Shown here one piece after another: positions 60,258 through 64,000 of a stretch of 64,000 nucleotides of DNA. Source of the DNA: a virus. Each line of letters opens with the position of its first letter. Positions within the stretch are counted from its first letter, which is position 1. The stretch lies in IMG/VR virus record IMGVR_UViG_3300013132_005385, positions 55,742-119,741 of that record; one strand, 5' to 3'. The translations under genes were made by a program, and so were the position numbers. The notes below the pieces were generated by a model that did no database searches, was not told the DNA's origin, and saw only the letters and a list, made by a program, of their open reading frames with translations.

Positions 60258-60342
60258 TACCGAGGGTGGGATTCGAACCCACACGGACCCTGCGGTCCAG
60301 GGGATTTTAAGTCCCCCGCGGCTACCCTTACGCCACCTCGGC
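60258..60342 (-). tRNA. tRNA-Leu(TAA)
   Basis: GGGGA-CTTAAAA-TCCCC. Confidence 0.92.
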
Positions 60343-60361
60343 ATTAATGCCTCTCATTATT

Positions 60362-60574
60362 TCAAACCAACGCTCTCTCAGCATTCTCAGATAGAAATTC
60401 AACGGATCCAACAAAAAGTCTTTTTTCAAAGAGCGGATTATATCTGCCTGAAATCAGATCATCATACGAGATCAGCTTGTATTCCAGTCCCCTATCAATC
60501 GCTCCGTAAAGTGCGCATGCACAATCGAAGTGATGTGGAAGGGTTCTTTCCTCGTTTGACTGAATGTAAATCAT
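60362..60574 (-). CDS. short ORF, possibly a truncated N-terminal fragment of an ATP-grasp-type protein
   Basis: A..G....G...FVGSVEF; host-type promoter upstream. Confidence 0.4.
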   Translation of the reverse strand: MIYIQSNEERTLPHHFDCACALYGAIDRGLEYKLISYDDLISGRYNPLFEKRLFVGSVEFLSENAERALV

Positions 60575-60613
60575 AGCGCAAATATAATCAATTTTTTCAA
60601 ATAAAAAAATAAA

Positions 60614-60643
60614 TGGAGCCTCGACCGGGAATCAAACCCGGTA
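60614..60643 (-). pseudogene. tRNA 3'-half remnant
   Basis: CCGGG-TTTGATT-CCCGG-TCGAGGC-T-CCA with no matching 5' half adjacent. Confidence 0.7.
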
Positions 60644-60679
60644 GCTCATTTAGATATATAATATAATTAAAAATGAGCT

Positions 60680-61192
60680 ATGGAAAAACAAATACTTTTG
60701 GATAGAATATCTAATGGACATTCTATTCGAAAAATTGCCAAGGAATTTGGAAAGGGATATCAAACCATTAGATTTTGGATCAAAAAATATAATCTTAAAA
60801 CTGAGTACAGTAAAAACAATGAGGATCTTTTTCATTGTAGAAGATGTAAGGATAAATTAGATCAATGTAATACATATAAATACAAGCAAAAAAGAATTCT
60901 TTGTAAAAAATGTATAGCGGAACAAAAATATCATGAATTTAAGAAATTTAAAGAGGAATGCGTTAAATATAAAGGAGGAAAATGTGAAGAATGCGGATAT
61001 CATAAATCACTTTCCGCTTTAGAATTTCACCATAAAGACCCATCAGAAAAAGATTTTGAAATATCTAAAAATAAAAGTTCCAAATTTCCAAATGAAAGAG
61101 TAATTATAGAACTTGAAAAATGTGAATTACTGTGCTCTAATTGTCACATAGAAAAACATGAAAAAATATTTTTAGAAAAATTACATAGATAA
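60680..61192 (+). CDS. HNH homing-type endonuclease with N-terminal HTH
   Basis: SIRKIAKE HTH, CEECGY, LEFHH.DP, LCSNCH...H. Confidence 0.85.
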   Translation: MEKQILLDRISNGHSIRKIAKEFGKGYQTIRFWIKKYNLKTEYSKNNEDLFHCRRCKDKLDQCNTYKYKQKRILCKKCIAEQKYHEFKKFKEECVKYKGGKCEECGYHKSLSALEFHHKDPSEKDFEISKNKSSKFPNERVIIELEKCELLCSNCHIEKHEKIFLEKLHR

Positions 61193-61199
61193 GATTATT

Positions 61200-61274
61200 T
61201 GGAGCTTCCACTCAGACTCGAACTGAGGATTCCTGATTACAAGTCAGGTGTTTTACCAGCTAAACTATGGAAGC
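61200..61274 (-). tRNA. tRNA-Thr(TGT)
   Basis: CCTGA-CTTGTAA-TCAGG; encoded CCA. Confidence 0.92.
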
Positions 61275-61283
61275 TTTTTATTG

Positions 61284-61356
61284 TCGGGGTGAGAGGGCTC
61301 AAACCTCCGGCCTCTCGGTCCCAAACCGAGCGCTCTATCAACTGAGCTACACCCCG
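61284..61356 (-). tRNA. tRNA-Pro(TGG)
   Basis: CTCGG-TTTGGGA-CCGAG; C1-G72, A73. Confidence 0.9.
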
Positions 61357-61451
61357 ATGAAGGCTATTCAACACTTGTACTTCATGTTGAAAGATCGATA
61401 TTAGCATCCAAGAATGCCTGTCAACCATCTCTGATCAATCTTTTCGCCTTG

Positions 61452-61522
61452 TTGTCCCGGGAGGATTCGAACCTCCACACTCAGAGCCAAAATCTGAGGT
61501 CCTGTCATTAGACGACGGGGCA
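61452..61522 (-). tRNA. tRNA-Gln(TTG)
   Basis: TCAGA-TTTTGGC-TCTGA. Confidence 0.88.
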
Positions 61523-61530
61523 ATAATTAG

Positions 61531-61602
61531 TAGTTCCGGGCAGAATCGAACTGCCATTTGGAGATTAGAAGTCACCCGTTCTATCCATTGAACTACGGAA
61601 CC
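61531..61602 (-). tRNA. tRNA-Arg(TCT)
   Basis: GGTGA-CTTCTAA-TCTCC. Confidence 0.88.
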
Positions 61603-61702
61603 ATATCTCGGTTACTGGATTCCATACCAGCATTTATTCTCTTAGCGAGAATCGACATAATTTATCGGGACGTCTCCCGAGGTGATTAGTCCAAACCAAT
61701 AG

Positions 61703-61785
61703 TGACTCTATCGGGACTCGAACCCGAACGCCAAGCTAGGCCAGGATCCTTAATCCTGTGCGTATACCAATTCCGCCATAGAGCC
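61703..61785 (-). tRNA. tRNA-Leu(AAG)
   Basis: CAGGA-TTAAGGA-TCCTG; Leu-type D-loop, variable arm, A73. Confidence 0.88.
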
Positions 61786-61899
61786 ACAGTGCAGCGTTAA
61801 ATAGGCGATGTAATGTATTTCCGTCCACGCTGCAGAGACGTAATTACCATCATTTCCACGAAAGCAGTTCACTACCTTCGCTTTAGTTGCCACTTAGTG

Positions 61900-61985
61900 C
61901 GGAAGACGGCAGGATCGAACTGCACCCGAATTAACGGGCTCAACGCTTAGCAGGCGTGACCACTCTCCGTCGTGGATCATCTTCC
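61900..61985 (-). tRNA. tRNA-Ser(GCT), 8/4 fold
   Basis: Loop CTGCTAA; acceptor GGAAGATG/CGTCTTCC, T-stem GCAG/CTGC. Confidence 0.82.
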
Positions 61986-62078
61986 AAAGGGCCCCGCTTG
62001 CATTATTCATACCTTCATAAGGGCTTAATTTCATTCATCCAACGCGGGGCAACATGGAGAACTACTTCCTTACTTCTG

Positions 62079-62163
62079 CGGAGGAGAGAGGACTCGAACC
62101 CCCACTCCGAATAACGGAGAACGGTTTTCGAAACCGCTGCAGTACCATTATGCTTACTCCTCC
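62079..62163 (-). tRNA. tRNA-Ser(CGA)
   Basis: GCGGT-TTCGAAA-ACCGT; long variable arm. Confidence 0.9.
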
Positions 62164-62167
62164 GGAG

Positions 62168-62242
62168 GGTGCTCGACCGGATTCGAACCGGCGATCTTCT
62201 GAACCACAATCAGACGCTTTAACCAGCTAAGCTACGAGCACC
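62168..62242 (-). tRNA. tRNA-His(GTG)
   Basis: TCTGA-TTGTGGT-TCAGA; G-1:C73. Confidence 0.93.
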
Positions 62243-62248
62243 ATATAA

Positions 62249-62406
62249 AAAATCAGAGAATATGAGCAAGAGTGTTTTTCTTTTACTATTGCGTTTACCA
62301 ATTCCGCCATCCCCCGTGATGCGTTTTAATTAGTCGGGGGAGTAGGGGTCGAACCTACAAATGAATAGTTCCCATACGAAGTAACTCTCACTTTGCTACT
62401 GATTTT
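62249..62406 (-). ncRNA. YrlA-like Y RNA / circularly permuted tRNA mimic
   Basis: Order T-arm, acceptor stem closed by loop, D-arm, all enclosed by a long terminal stem. Confidence 0.65.
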
Positions 62407-62492
62407 GGCGGAGAGAGGAGGTGTCGATCCCCATACCCGAAGGTACCGCTAGTTTTCAAGACTAGGTTTAGCGCCGGCTAAATTCTCTCTCC
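62406..62492 (-). tRNA. tRNA-Ser(TGA), 8/4 fold
   Basis: CTAGT-CTTGAAA-ACTAG; acceptor GGAGAGAG/CTCTCTCC; encoded CCA. Confidence 0.85.
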
Positions 62493-62501
62493 AAATGAGA
62501 C

Positions 62502-62517
62502 CAATATGTCAAAGAAC
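62502..62517 (-). promoter_or_regulatory. boxA-like antitermination element
   Basis: GTTCTTTGACATATTG just 5' of the first tRNA. Confidence 0.55.
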
Positions 62518-62523
62518 CTATAA

Positions 62524-62562
62524 CAATAAAAAACCCGAGACTTTTTGAAGGCCCCGGGTTTT
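62524..62562 (-). terminator. terminator/attenuator hairpin ahead of tRNA array
   Basis: ACCCGGGGC/GTCTCGGGT stem followed by TTTTTATTG. Confidence 0.8.
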
Positions 62563-62586
62563 CATTGAGGATTAAATCTTTAGTGA

Positions 62587-62685
62587 TTATGACCCCTTAA
62601 CTTCATACACAGGACCTGTTCCACCCGGTCTTGATAGACTTGGCGTATGCAGGGATAACTGTGATGTTTGTCTTAGAGTTTTCAT
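62587..62685 (-). CDS. 32-aa leader peptide of tRNA operon (not in ORF track)
   Basis: MKTLRQTSQLSLHTPSLSRPGGTGPVYEVKGS, between promoters and terminator. Confidence 0.65.
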   Translation of the reverse strand: MKTLRQTSQLSLHTPSLSRPGGTGPVYEVKGS

Positions 62686-62697
62686 CGCTTGTGAGTT

Positions 62698-62748
62698 TAT
62701 ATATCCTTTTCTCTTTTTGAATTATACCCCAAATGTAGGGAAAGTTTC
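62698..62748 (-). promoter_or_regulatory. stacked promoter motifs (ECF-like, host-type, late-type)
   Basis: GAAACT-N15-GTATAA 62722-62748; TACATTTG 62730-62737; GATATATA 62698-62705. Confidence 0.6.
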
Positions 62749-62784
62749 TGAAATAAAAAAATTTTTCTGAAAAATAATTTGGAT

Positions 62785-63711
62785 TTATTTTAGTCCAGCA
62801 ACGGGAACGTGTATTATCTTTCCAAATGGAGGCATATTATAAACCTTGGGAGAACAAACAAACCAGAATGTCTTTTTAGCGTATTTCCTTATACCATATT
62901 TGCTAGGCTCAGGCATTTCTCCCCCAGTATCGGTTAGGTACACGAAAACGGATGGATTGATCTTATTTTTTTCGACCCATTGAAATGGAGGAATGAATCC
63001 CCTCATGTTTCCACCGGTCGATGCTATCTTCGTGAAATCAGGATCCTGTCCCTTTTTAACCCGGTCAACATTGTCTATATCGTCACTACAGTATATTATG
63101 ATTGTCTCGTCTGCATCGAATTTTTTAACCAATCCCATTACTTCCTTAATAAAGAGCTTGATTTGCGGTTTAGAAATCGAAGATGATGTGTCAACAGCGG
63201 CAACAATAGTCTTTAGTGTGTCATCGCCTATTTGCTTCCTGCCATACATAATGTCTCCCCCAGCCAGATATCTCTTATTGGGCAATACCCATTCAGAGGA
63301 TTTAAAGGTCTGATCAAAGAATTTCTTCAGCTCTTTCTTCCAATCCACTACAGGCTCCGTACTCTTGAGCTTTTTTATCATTTTTTTGGCTTCATCCGAA
63401 AGATTGGATCTTGATGATGCACCGGATGAAAGTTCATCCCAATTAGGTTTTTGAACTTTTTTAGCCATCTTTGATGTACCGATCTTTTGTACTTCTCTTG
63501 GCTTTTCGACATTGATCTCTTTCTTAGCGCTATCGAAATCTCTAAAAGTTTTAATGCCTGATCCTCCTGATCCTACGGGGGCGATTTTTACATCCTCAAT
63601 TTCGTCATCGAATTCAGGATTTGATGCGTTTGGATTGTCGGTGCCACCATCCGGTTTTTTCCCCTTGTCCTTCTCCGGAACTACTGAGTAATTTCCCTTT
63701 TTAACTATCAT
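62785..63711 (-). CDS. vWA-like domain protein (DUF2201 C-terminal type)
   Basis: VDWKKEL, MIDAS VDTSSS, GG....PF, YLTD. Confidence 0.8.
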   Translation of the reverse strand: MIVKKGNYSVVPEKDKGKKPDGGTDNPNASNPEFDDEIEDVKIAPVGSGGSGIKTFRDFDSAKKEINVEKPREVQKIGTSKMAKKVQKPNWDELSSGASSRSNLSDEAKKMIKKLKSTEPVVDWKKELKKFFDQTFKSSEWVLPNKRYLAGGDIMYGRKQIGDDTLKTIVAAVDTSSSISKPQIKLFIKEVMGLVKKFDADETIIIYCSDDIDNVDRVKKGQDPDFTKIASTGGNMRGFIPPFQWVEKNKINPSVFVYLTDTGGEMPEPSKYGIRKYAKKTFWFVCSPKVYNMPPFGKIIHVPVAGLK

Positions 63712-63718
63712 GTTTCTA

Positions 63719-64000
<282 letters not shown>

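Noticed and set aside
60148-60576. ORFs overlapping tRNA-Leu genes (including the 60282 start and 60172-60576)
   Set aside because: They are translations of tRNA sequence; the real CDS likely starts at 60147.
61900-61985. tRNA-Sec
   Set aside because: The 5' end resembles selC but the anticodon is GCT, not TCA.
62249-62406. Two-piece (permuted) tmRNA
   Set aside because: No G3:U70 alanine identity, a full D-arm is present, and there is no room for a tag reading frame.

Overview
64-kb segment of a large T4-like myovirus (jumbo phage), almost all on the minus strand and in standard code 11. The host is very probably Bacteroidota, from TAnnTTTG promoters, phage bS21 and a Bacteroidota-style lipoprotein. 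Virion genes: two tandem portal paralogues, two tail tubes, sheath, terminase, neck, baseplate-hub and collagen fibres. Replication, recombination and repair genes: UvsX, gp41, gp46/47, clamp loader, RNase H, Nei and a degenerate UvsE. It also has two sigma factors (ECF-type and gp55-type), nucleotide-metabolism genes including a dCMP-type thymidylate-synthase homologue, a PlcP-like phosphoesterase with a glycosyltransferase, and a 14-tRNA array. Main observation: the tRNA array is preceded by an unannotated 32-codon leader ORF whose codons 3-20 encode only the seven amino acids served by the downstream tRNAs. A terminator, a competing antiterminator pairing and a boxA-like site follow, which suggests a ribosome-coupled attenuator that senses tRNA shortage. 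Also seen: three promoter classes suggesting a host-sigma -> ECF -> gp55 cascade, a YrlA-like permuted tRNA mimic, two 8/4 tRNA-Ser and a tRNA-Leu(AAG). All calls are by-eye motif recognition; no searches were run.
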